From contig CAXXVS010000003.1 in assembly GCA_963674755.2 (NCBI GenBank), forward strand, positions 512,001 through 576,000: a DNA stretch of 64,000 nucleotides. Reading direction: 5' to 3'. Origin of the DNA: Desulfobacterales bacterium. GTDB lineage: Bacteria; Desulfobacterota; Desulfobacteria; Desulfobacterales; UBA5852. Made by a program: the position numbers and the translations under genes. Shown here piece after piece: positions 42,892 to 51,497 of this stretch (its first letter is position 1; the number at the start of each line of letters is the position of its first letter). A model generated the notes under the pieces. That model worked only from the letters and a program-made list of their open reading frames with translations, had not been told where the DNA came from and made no database searches.

Positions 42892-44298
42892 CTAAAACGT
42901 CTCCGAATTGTAAAATTCGCCAAACAGTTCTTCATCCGAAGGCCGATCTTCCGGGATGGGCCGTGCCACCCAGGTGTAATTCAAGTAGTGCTTCAGGTTG
43001 ATGTTCTCGTTGGTGATGTTGCCGGCCCACACGCCGCAACCCATGCTGGACGTCATGGGCATGCCGTTGTTGAACGCGCCCGCATTGGCCTTGGACTGGG
43101 GCTGGCGCACCATCATGCGGCTGACCGGGGCGACCATGGCCAGACGGTGAATATGGTTGTCATCGAAGGAATAAATGCCGCAGGAGTGCCCCTTACCCTG
43201 CACGTCGTAGATCTGCTTGATCATTTCCAGGGCAGTGTCGAAGCCGCTGTATTTGAAGATCGACAGCAGGGTGCCCAGCTTTTCAGTGGAGAAGAGATGT
43301 TCGCGGCCGATTTTGTTTTCTTGGACGATGATGAATTTGCGGTCCTCCGGAATCGTAAAACCGGCCTTCCCGGCAATTCTCTGAGGCGGGCAGGCAATCG
43401 TGTCAAACGTCCGATGTCCCTCGGCATCCCAATAGACGGCCTGGATTTTGACTTTTTCTTCGTCAGACGCCAGGTAGCCGCCTTCTCTCTGAAGCTGGGC
43501 CAAAAATGGGTCGTAAATGCCGGCTTCCACCAGCAGGTTGCCGTCCGCCGAGCAACCGGAGCCGAAATCGGAGGTTTTGCTGAGCATGGTGTTGCGGGCG
43601 GCCTCTTCGATATCGGCGGTTTCGTCGATCACCATGGTGGAGTTGCCCTGGCCGGCGGCATAGGCGGGCTTACCGGATTGGTGGGCGGATTTGGCCATGG
43701 CCGGGCCGCCCGTGGCGATAGTAAGGTCGCAGATTGCCATGATCTCCTGAGCCAGGGGAATACTGGGTTTCTCGACGCAAACGTAGAGATCCTCGGGGAA
43801 ACCAATTTTCTGCAGGGCCGTCCGCATCACCTTCACGGTCTCGAAGGAGGTCTTCTTGGCGCGCGGATGCGGAGAGAATATCACGGCGTTCTTGGCCTTG
43901 AGGGCATAGATCCCCATTCCCGGAGGGGTCAGGGCCGGGTTGGTGGTGGGCACCAGGCCGGCGACGACTCCCACCGGCTTGGCGTATTTGACTAGACCTT
44001 TTTCCGGAATTTCCTCGACGATCCCCATGCTTTTCTGTCGCAGGGCGTCGCGCAGGATGCCCATGATCTTGAAGCGCTTATTGGGGCGTCCCGCCCGGTC
44101 GCCCAGTCCGCTTTCATCCACACCCATCTGGGCCAGGCGGGTAAAGGTTTTTTCGTTGGCCGTGGCCCATCCCACGGCCTGAATGGCCCTGTCGATGGCG
44201 GCCTGATCGTATTCTTGGATTAATTTTTGAGCGGTCCGCGCTCTGGCCAGCAACTCCTGCGCATATTGCTTTTCTTCTTCTGTAATGGGTCTTGCCAA
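42892..44298 (-). CDS. CoA-acylating aldehyde dehydrogenase (AdhE-N/EutE/SauS-like)
   Basis: KPVGVVAGLVPTTNP, FSPHPRA, ATGG, SKTSDFGSGCS, EKL, GHS, SMGCGVW; TTG start with AAGGAGG. Confidence 0.88.
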   Translation of the reverse strand: MARPITEEEKQYAQELLARARTAQKLIQEYDQAAIDRAIQAVGWATANEKTFTRLAQMGVDESGLGDRAGRPNKRFKIMGILRDALRQKSMGIVEEIPEKGLVKYAKPVGVVAGLVPTTNPALTPPGMGIYALKAKNAVIFSPHPRAKKTSFETVKVMRTALQKIGFPEDLYVCVEKPSIPLAQEIMAICDLTIATGGPAMAKSAHQSGKPAYAAGQGNSTMVIDETADIEEAARNTMLSKTSDFGSGCSADGNLLVEAGIYDPFLAQLQREGGYLASDEEKVKIQAVYWDAEGHRTFDTIACPPQRIAGKAGFTIPEDRKFIIVQENKIGREHLFSTEKLGTLLSIFKYSGFDTALEMIKQIYDVQGKGHSCGIYSFDDNHIHRLAMVAPVSRMMVRQPQSKANAGAFNNGMPMTSSMGCGVWAGNITNENINLKHYLNYTWVARPIPEDRPSDEELFGEFYNSETF

Positions 44299-44410
44299 TG
44301 CAACCTCCTTGCCGGTATGACGATTTCACTTCTTTAAATTTTTTGATTGTTCAAAGGGCTGCTTTTTTGCAAAATTTAAGCGACCCGTAAACCTATCCTT
44401 AAGATTTGGC

Positions 44411-45916
44411 CTATTTACTACTGAGACGGTTTTTACGGTTCTTCCATACAGGTGTCTGACTGATCAGCATCCAGATCACCGCGAGGGTCAGAATCAGTGA
44501 AATGGGATTGGTAAACAGTTCTTGGACCGTCAAGCCGATGTCATTGCGGCACGACATCAATGCCCGACGATAAGAGACGTCCATGAGGGGCCCCAGGATT
44601 ACGCCCAGAATGACCGGGCCTACCTGGAAGCCGTACAACTTTAGAAAATATCCGAAGATACCGAAACCCAGCATCCAATAGACGTCGACGATGTTGTTCT
44701 GGATAGTGTAGGTGCCAACTACCGAAAGAACGATAATGATGGGAATGAGGATGCCCTTGGGCAGCTCGACCATCTTGGCAAAGATCCGTATGCCGGTAAG
44801 ACCGAAGATCAGGAGAAATATGTTGGCCAAGGCCAGGTTGCCCACCGTGAACCAGAAGAGGTGCGGCGTATCGATCATCAGCATCGGGCCGGGTTTGAGA
44901 CCGTGGATGAACAACGCGCCAATTATAACGGCCGTCACGGCGTCTCCAGGTATTCCCAGCGTGAGCATGGGGATGTAGGCGCCCCCGATGGCGGCGTTGT
45001 TAGCCGATTCCGGTGCGATCAGACCTTCGTAAGCCCCCTTGCCGAATGGGCGGGATGGTTTTTTCACCGAGCGCCGCGCATGGTCATAGGCCAGCAGTGA
45101 TGCGATGTCGCCACCCGTGCCCGGCAAGGCTCCGATCAGTACGCCGATGAATGATGTCCGGATGGCAAGCGGGAGATATTTCAGGATCACCGACCATGAC
45201 GGCAGGATTTTGGAGACATCCTGTTTGACGGGTTTCAGATCGATCTGATGAATCTGGACCAGAGCTTCGGCAACGCCGAACAGGCCGATCATGGCAATCA
45301 CGAAGTGAACGCCGCCCAAAAGGGCGATCGTGCCGAAAGTAAACCGCCCTTCCGCCGTGAGGGGATCCATTCCCACCAGCCCCACGATGACGCCGAAGGC
45401 GCCGGCGAAGATCCCCTTGGCCATGGATTCGCCTGACAGACTGCCGACCAGGAGCAGTCCCATGACGGCAAGTAGCAGATAGTCCCGGGGGGCAAACTTG
45501 AGGGCCATGTCGGCCACCCAGGGGGCGGCCAGCGCCAGCACGGCGACGCCGATAAATCCACCCACTACAGAAATGACAGTGCTGACGCCGATCGCCCGGC
45601 CCGCTTCTCCCAATTGGGCCAGGGGAAATCCGTCAAAACTCGTGGCGATGGCCGCCGGGGCGCCGGGGATGTTCAGGAGAATGGCAGTTCGCGAACCACC
45701 GTAGACCCCACCGCAGTAGACACCCACCATCAAGGCCAGGGCGTTGTTCACCTCCCATGAAAAGGTGAAGGAGATCAGAATCGAGACCGCCATGGTGACG
45801 GACAGGCCAGGAATGGCTCCGATGTAGATGCCGGCCAGGGTCCCCGCGGCCGTCAATGCCATCAGGGACGGATCGAACCAGCCCATGAAGAAGTATGAAA
45901 ATACCGATTCAGTCAA
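44411..45916 (-). CDS. tctA: Tripartite tricarboxylate transporter large subunit
   Basis: GAIPGLS, YGGSRTAILLNIPG, APESANNA, LTLGIPGD, HGLKPGP. Confidence 0.95.
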   Translation of the reverse strand: MTESVFSYFFMGWFDPSLMALTAAGTLAGIYIGAIPGLSVTMAVSILISFTFSWEVNNALALMVGVYCGGVYGGSRTAILLNIPGAPAAIATSFDGFPLAQLGEAGRAIGVSTVISVVGGFIGVAVLALAAPWVADMALKFAPRDYLLLAVMGLLLVGSLSGESMAKGIFAGAFGVIVGLVGMDPLTAEGRFTFGTIALLGGVHFVIAMIGLFGVAEALVQIHQIDLKPVKQDVSKILPSWSVILKYLPLAIRTSFIGVLIGALPGTGGDIASLLAYDHARRSVKKPSRPFGKGAYEGLIAPESANNAAIGGAYIPMLTLGIPGDAVTAVIIGALFIHGLKPGPMLMIDTPHLFWFTVGNLALANIFLLIFGLTGIRIFAKMVELPKGILIPIIIVLSVVGTYTIQNNIVDVYWMLGFGIFGYFLKLYGFQVGPVILGVILGPLMDVSYRRALMSCRNDIGLTVQELFTNPISLILTLAVIWMLISQTPVWKNRKNRLSSK

Positions 45917-45940
45917 AGCGACACCTCGGTGTTAAAACGT

Positions 45941-46411
45941 TCAGGGCATGATCACTCTGAAGAAGTACTGGAAAATGACGTAGATACAGACCAGTGTGCC
46001 CGCACTGATCAGCAAGGACTTGACCCAGCCGGTTCCCCGGAGGACCACCATCGACACCGCCATGAAAACAAAGGAACTGGGAAGGAAATGGAGCGGCTGG
46101 AGAACGATCATGTAGCCGATGACGATGCCTGTGTAGATGACGAATTCTTTTGGAAAGATTGCTTTTACGGCAATTTTCATCTCGTCTCTAAAGTTTTGCG
46201 CGTCGGGTTTTTCCAGTTTTCGATTGCCCAGCAGGGTAAGTCCCGCAGAGATCACCATGACCGCCCCGGCGGCCATCGGAAAAGCCCCCGGCGAACTGAT
46301 GGATGAAAAACCCGCTATCCGATAGGCCAGAATGAGGATAAACAGACTGAAGGCCATCATCAGGTAAACAAAGACATTTTCTCCAGGGCGGAGTTTTCTG
46401 GTTTTTTTCAT
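45941..46411 (-). CDS. tctB: Tripartite tricarboxylate transporter small subunit
   Basis: SPGAFP, 4-5 TM segments, C-terminal FRVIMP; between tctC and tctA. Confidence 0.88.
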   Translation of the reverse strand: MKKTRKLRPGENVFVYLMMAFSLFILILAYRIAGFSSISSPGAFPMAAGAVMVISAGLTLLGNRKLEKPDAQNFRDEMKIAVKAIFPKEFVIYTGIVIGYMIVLQPLHFLPSSFVFMAVSMVVLRGTGWVKSLLISAGTLVCIYVIFQYFFRVIMP

Positions 46412-46472
46412 GGCCACCCCACGTTATGGCCGGCGGCCCCGGTCGCAGCAGGGGCCGTTGCCGGCTTTGGGT

Positions 46473-47471
46473 TTACGGTTTGGGGATGCCCAGTACCTCG
46501 GGGGAAACCTTGGTAGATCCGGCATCGAAGAGCAGCCAGGTACTGACCGACTGCCATTTCTTAAGGAAAGCGTCGGCCTCGTCGCCGTTGATGTTCATCA
46601 TGACGGCACCGAAATCAGAGACGAACGTCTGAAATTTAGGCTCTGCCGCGCCTTTATGGAAGGCCTCGACCAGTTTCTGCTTGGCGGCCTCGGGCACGTC
46701 CCGTTTGCACCAGATTCCATAAAACGGGCCCCAGGGAAGATACTTGTCGAATTCGGGATAGTCCTGGGTGATGAGGGGCAGGTTTTCGAGCCCGGGGATG
46801 GGGGTATTAGAAACCACGGCCAAGACCTTGACCCGGCCGGCCCGAATTTGTTCGCGCACGGCCGTGAGACCGGCCGGCATGATGTCCACATGGCCGCCCA
46901 TAAGGGCCGTTACACCGGGGCCCTCGCCGTCAAAGGGCACCCGAATGACGTCGAAGCCCGTGACGGCCTGAATCATGGCGCCCACCGTGTAGGGGAGCCC
47001 CCCGGGACCGGTGGACCCCATCTTGATCTGACCCGGGCGCTTCTTGGCATCTTCGATCAGCTCTTTGAAGGAGTTCCACGGGGTGTCGTTGTTGGCGACG
47101 ATAACGCCGACGCCGCGGGCCAGAATATTGACCGGGTAGAAATCCTTGTAGTCCAGTTTGGAGAGTTTGAGCACGCCGTGGAGCTGGGGGTTTTCAGCGC
47201 CGTAGAGCAGAGTGTAACCGTCCGACGGGCGGCTGTAGACGTATTGGGTGGAAATGGCGCCCGTCCCGCCCGGCTTGTTGATCAACACGATCTGCTTACC
47301 GAGATACGGCTCTACGAGCGGTGTGATGGCGCGGGCAACATTATCCGTGGCGCCGCCTGCGCCCCACATGATTATCCCCTGCAGATCTCTGTCGGGGTAG
47401 TCGGCCGCAAAGGCGATTCCCAAACAGCAGACGGCCAGAACCATCGACACTAAAAGCAATCGTTTCATCAT
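46473..47471 (-). CDS. tctC: Tripartite tricarboxylate transporter substrate-binding protein
   Basis: Signal peptide; YP..GAGGATD, NKPGGTG, DGYTLL, VPFDG..LMGGHVD. Confidence 0.95.
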   Translation of the reverse strand: MMKRLLLVSMVLAVCCLGIAFAADYPDRDLQGIIMWGAGGATDNVARAITPLVEPYLGKQIVLINKPGGTGAISTQYVYSRPSDGYTLLYGAENPQLHGVLKLSKLDYKDFYPVNILARGVGVIVANNDTPWNSFKELIEDAKKRPGQIKMGSTGPGGLPYTVGAMIQAVTGFDVIRVPFDGEGPGVTALMGGHVDIMPAGLTAVREQIRAGRVKVLAVVSNTPIPGLENLPLITQDYPEFDKYLPWGPFYGIWCKRDVPEAAKQKLVEAFHKGAAEPKFQTFVSDFGAVMMNINGDEADAFLKKWQSVSTWLLFDAGSTKVSPEVLGIPKP

Positions 47472-47713
47472 TCATCCTCCTATGTTTGGGTTTTGGGGTA
47501 TCGGTCTTGCCGAACGATATTGATGCCGAACAGATGTTTTGCTCGCCTATGCGCGCCTGGTTTCTGGGACTCAGAGAAGAATGGTGACCCAACAGGCAGG
47601 CGCCCCTTGTGCAGCATAACGGCTGGAAGGACCTATTGGAATGTCGCCCGAAGGCGACCCGCCGCATGCCGCCTCCGCAAGTCATTTGCTTTCGAATTCA
47701 GTCCAAAAAAGAC

Positions 47714-47742
47714 TTGCATCGTGCCATATGGGATGATATTCT
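47714..47742 (+). promoter_or_regulatory. Putative sigma70 promoter for the lyase-iclR-aroD-aroE unit
   Basis: TTGCAT-N17-TATTCT with an extended TGn. Confidence 0.55.
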
Positions 47743-47773
47743 AACTAGTAGAATAACCTTCTGCTCCGCAGAA
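47739..47773. promoter_or_regulatory. Two 15-bp palindromic operators TTCT-N7-AGAA (candidate IclR sites)
   Basis: TTCTAACTAGTAGAA (47739-47753) and TTCTGCTCCGCAGAA (47759-47773). Confidence 0.65.
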
Positions 47774-47798
47774 TATACAGATGGGAAACCCCTGTCAA
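47770..47798 (-). promoter_or_regulatory. Putative sigma70 promoter for the tctC-led catabolic operon
   Basis: Minus strand TTGACA-N17-TATTCT. Confidence 0.65.
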
Positions 47799-47930
47799 GT
47801 TCTTTTCATATGCCTTTTCAGATTGTGCCGGAAAAACCACCGGGCATGAGGATACTCCGGATCAACGGTTTGCAGGCCCAGCCCGCGGCGACTCCAAGGG
47901 CCTGCAACAGATAATATGGAGGAAACGCAA

Positions 47931-48851
47931 ATGGGCATGGATGGATCAAGCATGAATTTGCTTATCGAGGATGAAGCGCTTCGGGACGGGCTTCAGATGG
48001 AGGCGCGCATCTTCAGTCTGGATGAGAAACGGCAGATTTTTCATATGCTTCATGAGGCCGGTGTCCATCGCATACAGGTAGGGTCTTTCGTTCACCCGAA
48101 AATCGTACCCCAGATGGCGGATACCGATGCTTTCATCAAGGCCATCCCGGAAACAGAACGACACCTGATCTCTGCCTTGATCCTGAACGAAAAGGGGTTG
48201 GAACGTGCCCTGGCCAGCGGTGTGGGCCATGTGAGCATGTCCGTTTCGGTGAGCGATACCCACAGCCGCAAGAATGCCCGCCGTCCGGCCGCGGAGGCCC
48301 TCGAAGCCATGACGGGTCTCATCCGCACAGCATTGTCCGAGGGGCTCGATGTCCGTGCGGGTCTGCAGTGCGTCTTCGGGTGTGTGTATGAGGGCGCCAT
48401 TGAGGAGGATGCGGTCTTGAAGGCTACCGAAAAGATGGTGCAGACCGGAGCCCGGGAAATCAATCTGGCCGACACCACGGGGATGGCCAACCCCCTGGCC
48501 ATCCGAAACATGGTCCAAAAGGTCCATGAGGCCTTTCCCGATATTCTGATTTCCCTGCATCTGCACGATACCCGGGGGCTTGCCTTGGCCAACATGTTTG
48601 CCGGCTATGAGGCCGGCATCCGCATCTTCGACACCTGCACCGGAGGCCTGGGCGGCTGCCCCTTTGTCAAGGGGGCAGCCGGCAACATCCCCACCGAGGA
48701 TGCCGTTCACATGTTCGAGAGCATGGGGATACCGACCGGCATCGCCATTGAAAAGCTGTGCGACGCCGTGGCATATCTCGAAAACAAGTTGGCGCGTCAA
48801 CTGCCCGGACGCATGAAAAGGGTATTGGACCACCGGAGGAGCTGTGAATAG
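47931..48851 (+). CDS. HMG-CoA lyase-like DRE-TIM metallolyase
   Basis: RDGLQME, GSFVHPK.VPQMAD, LADTTG, LHLHDTRG, GLGGCPF..GNIPTED. Confidence 0.9.
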   Translation: MGMDGSSMNLLIEDEALRDGLQMEARIFSLDEKRQIFHMLHEAGVHRIQVGSFVHPKIVPQMADTDAFIKAIPETERHLISALILNEKGLERALASGVGHVSMSVSVSDTHSRKNARRPAAEALEAMTGLIRTALSEGLDVRAGLQCVFGCVYEGAIEEDAVLKATEKMVQTGAREINLADTTGMANPLAIRNMVQKVHEAFPDILISLHLHDTRGLALANMFAGYEAGIRIFDTCTGGLGGCPFVKGAAGNIPTEDAVHMFESMGIPTGIAIEKLCDAVAYLENKLARQLPGRMKRVLDHRRSCE

Positions 48852-49638
48852 TAATGGCCGCAAGCCCGTCAGGGAATCCGACCGACAAATCGACACCGTT
48901 GCCAAGGCGCTATGCCTTTTGGACTGCTTTACGGACGCCGAGCCCGAACTGACCCTCAAACAGCTCAGCGAAAAAACAGGGCTTTATAAAAGCCGCATTA
49001 TCCGGCTGGGTGGCACCCTTGCAGCCCACGGCTATCTCATTCGCACCCCCATGGCGACCTATAAGCTGGGTCCCAAGCTGATGACGCTGGGCAAGGTCTA
49101 TGAGCGCACCAATCCCCTCACGGCGATAGCCAGGCCTGTTATGAAAGCGCTTTCCGCGCTGACGGGTGAATCCACCAAACTCTTTGTGATCGAAGGCACC
49201 AAGCGGCTCTGTCTTGTCCGGGAGAGAGGCCCCTCACCGCTGCAATACGCCATCAACGAAGGTGAGGTCCAGGAACTCTATGCCGGAGCGGGCGGGAAGC
49301 TGCTGCTAGCCTTTGCTTCAGAACCATTCCAGATAGAAATCATCCAGCGCAAACGCAAAAAATTTACCGATCAAACGATTATCGACCCGGATGCGCTTCT
49401 AAAAGAGCTGAAAATTATAAGGCAGCAGGGGTATGCCTTCAGCAAAGGTGAACTCGTTTCAGAGGTGGCCGGTCTGGCGGCGCCGGTTTATGATTACGAA
49501 GGCCAGGTATGCGCCGCCTTGAACATCGCCGGACCCACGCAACGATTTGGCGCCGAACGCTGCAAAAAGATGCTGGCGCAGTTGCTTGATGCCGCCCAGC
49601 AGCTGTCGTTGCTGCTGGGCAACCGGGCGAGTGCGTGA
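48844..49638 (+). CDS. IclR family transcriptional regulator
   Basis: N-terminal wHTH (KALCLLD..LSEKTGLYKS), YAGAGGKLLLA, IRQQGYA, LAAPV. Confidence 0.93.
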   Translation: MNSNGRKPVRESDRQIDTVAKALCLLDCFTDAEPELTLKQLSEKTGLYKSRIIRLGGTLAAHGYLIRTPMATYKLGPKLMTLGKVYERTNPLTAIARPVMKALSALTGESTKLFVIEGTKRLCLVRERGPSPLQYAINEGEVQELYAGAGGKLLLAFASEPFQIEIIQRKRKKFTDQTIIDPDALLKELKIIRQQGYAFSKGELVSEVAGLAAPVYDYEGQVCAALNIAGPTQRFGAERCKKMLAQLLDAAQQLSLLLGNRASA

Positions 49639-49761
49639 GACCTATGCCGCTGCTGCAATGATTGTGGCCATCGGCTCTCACAAAATATTATAGACCCCAT
49701 CGGCATGACCCTGCACCATGGCGACCATCCCCCATCCGTTTCAACCAAAGGAGAATTAGGC

Positions 49762-50538
49762 ATGCGACTGCAAAGCAAGAAGACCTTGAAGATCCGAGAC
49801 AAGATTCTCGGCGGGCCTTTGCCCCTGATTTGTCTGCCTCTGGTGGCCACCGATCAGACAGCGCTTCTCGCGCAGGCGGAGGAAGTGTGTTCATTCGATC
49901 CGGATGTCATCGAGTGGCGGGTGGACAAGTTGGATACGGTTCTGGATACGGACGCGGTCTTAGCGGCCCTGGGTGCGCTTCGGGAATGCATCGGCAATAT
50001 TCCGATGATCTTTACCTGCCGGGTGATTCATGAGGGAGGGTTCCAGGAAATCGCGGCCGAAGACCGTCTTCTTCTTAACAAGGCCGTCATCGCGTCGGGC
50101 CAGATCGATCTGATTGACACGGAGATATCCAACGGCGAGGCCATGGTGGCCGAAATGAAAGCGGCCTGCCGGAAGGCCGGTTGCCCGTTGATTTTATCCT
50201 ATCACAATTTCGATGAAACCCCGGATGAGGCCTTCATTCTGGATCGCTTGGTCACAGCCGGCAAACTGGGAGCGGATGTCGCCAAGACGGCCGTCATGCC
50301 GAAAACGTATCGAGACGTGCTGACGCTCCTCAGCGCCACCTATACGGCGCGGACCGAACGGCTGGACATCCCCATCATCACCATGGCCATGGGGGAGGAA
50401 GGGGGCATCACGCGGATCGCCGGGGGGTTGTTCGGCTCCGACCTGACCTTTGCGCTGGGCAAAGCCAGCTCGGCCCCGGGGCAGATCCCCATTGCCGATT
50501 TGCGCAAGGCCTGGTCGGCTTTGCCCTTTAATCTCTAA
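49762..50538 (+). CDS. aroD: Type I 3-dehydroquinate dehydratase
   Basis: EWRVD, FTCR..EGG, SYHNF, AKTAVMP, MAMG, SAPGQ. Confidence 0.93.
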   Translation: MRLQSKKTLKIRDKILGGPLPLICLPLVATDQTALLAQAEEVCSFDPDVIEWRVDKLDTVLDTDAVLAALGALRECIGNIPMIFTCRVIHEGGFQEIAAEDRLLLNKAVIASGQIDLIDTEISNGEAMVAEMKAACRKAGCPLILSYHNFDETPDEAFILDRLVTAGKLGADVAKTAVMPKTYRDVLTLLSATYTARTERLDIPIITMAMGEEGGITRIAGGLFGSDLTFALGKASSAPGQIPIADLRKAWSALPFNL

Positions 50539-50590
50539 GGGTCAATTCCCCGCCGCTTGCGGCGGGGTCGTTCATGAGAAAGGAAACACC

Positions 50591-51451
50591 ATGGCCGTAG
50601 TGGATGTCAACACGAAACTGGTCGGGCTGCTGGGCAACCCATTAGGGCACAGCTTTTCGCCGGCCATGCACAACAAGGCCTTTGAGACCCTCGGGCTGAA
50701 TTACTTCTATCTGCCCATCGAAGTGACGGCGGAAGATCTGCCCACCGTGGCGGCCGGCATCGCCAAAATGAACTTTGCGGGCTACAACATCACGATCCCC
50801 CACAAGATCCGCATCATGGACTGTCTGGATGCCATCGACCCCCTGGCCCAGGCCATCGGCGCGGTCAACACCGTCGTTCTGGAAAACGGCCGTGCCACGG
50901 GCTACAACACGGACGGCGAGGGCTTTGTCCGGTCCCTGGAGGCGGAATCCGGGACCAAGGTGGACGGGAAATGCCATTTTATCCTCGGTTGCGGAGGGGC
51001 GGCCCGGGCCATTGCCATGACCCTTGCCGCCAAAGGCGCCCGGAAGATTTTCCTCTGCAACCGCACCGAACAGAAAGCCCATGATTTATCCGCTGAAATC
51101 AACGCCAAGGTCAGCCCCTGCAGCGAGGTGGTACCGGTGGAACCGGCCCGCATCGAGGCGGCCGTCCAACAAGTGGACGTGCTCATCAATACCACCAGCA
51201 TCGGCATGCACCCGGAAGAGGACCGCATACCCATCGACGGCAACCTGATTCCAGGGGGTGTGATCGTAAGCGACATCGTCTATAATCCCGCCCGGACGAA
51301 GCTGCTGCGGGTGGCCCAAGAAAAGGGCTGTCAAACCGTCCCCGGGTTGGGGATGCTGGTCTACCAGGGGGCCGAGGGGTTCCGTAAATGGACAGGAGCC
51401 GAGCCCCCCGTAGAAGTCATGTTCGGGGTCGTTCGGGCGCTGAAAGGATGA
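50591..51451 (+). CDS. aroE: Shikimate (or quinate/shikimate) dehydrogenase
   Basis: HSFSPAMHN, NITIPHK, GAVNT, NTDG, GCGGAARA, NRT, DIVYNP, GMLVYQG. Confidence 0.92.
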   Translation: MAVVDVNTKLVGLLGNPLGHSFSPAMHNKAFETLGLNYFYLPIEVTAEDLPTVAAGIAKMNFAGYNITIPHKIRIMDCLDAIDPLAQAIGAVNTVVLENGRATGYNTDGEGFVRSLEAESGTKVDGKCHFILGCGGAARAIAMTLAAKGARKIFLCNRTEQKAHDLSAEINAKVSPCSEVVPVEPARIEAAVQQVDVLINTTSIGMHPEEDRIPIDGNLIPGGVIVSDIVYNPARTKLLRVAQEKGCQTVPGLGMLVYQGAEGFRKWTGAEPPVEVMFGVVRALKG

Positions 51452-51497
51452 GGGAACAAATCGGCGATTAGACGCTATCCTCGTTGGGCGATTGCGT

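Noticed and set aside
47711..47726. Minus-strand TGGCACG upstream of tctC as a fourth sigma54 promoter
   Set aside because: No GC at the -12 position (TGGCAC-GATGC-AAGT) and no ACA-W4-TGT boxes
32624..51451. Catabolic island as a mobile element
   Set aside because: No integrase, transposase, tRNA or flanking direct repeats seen
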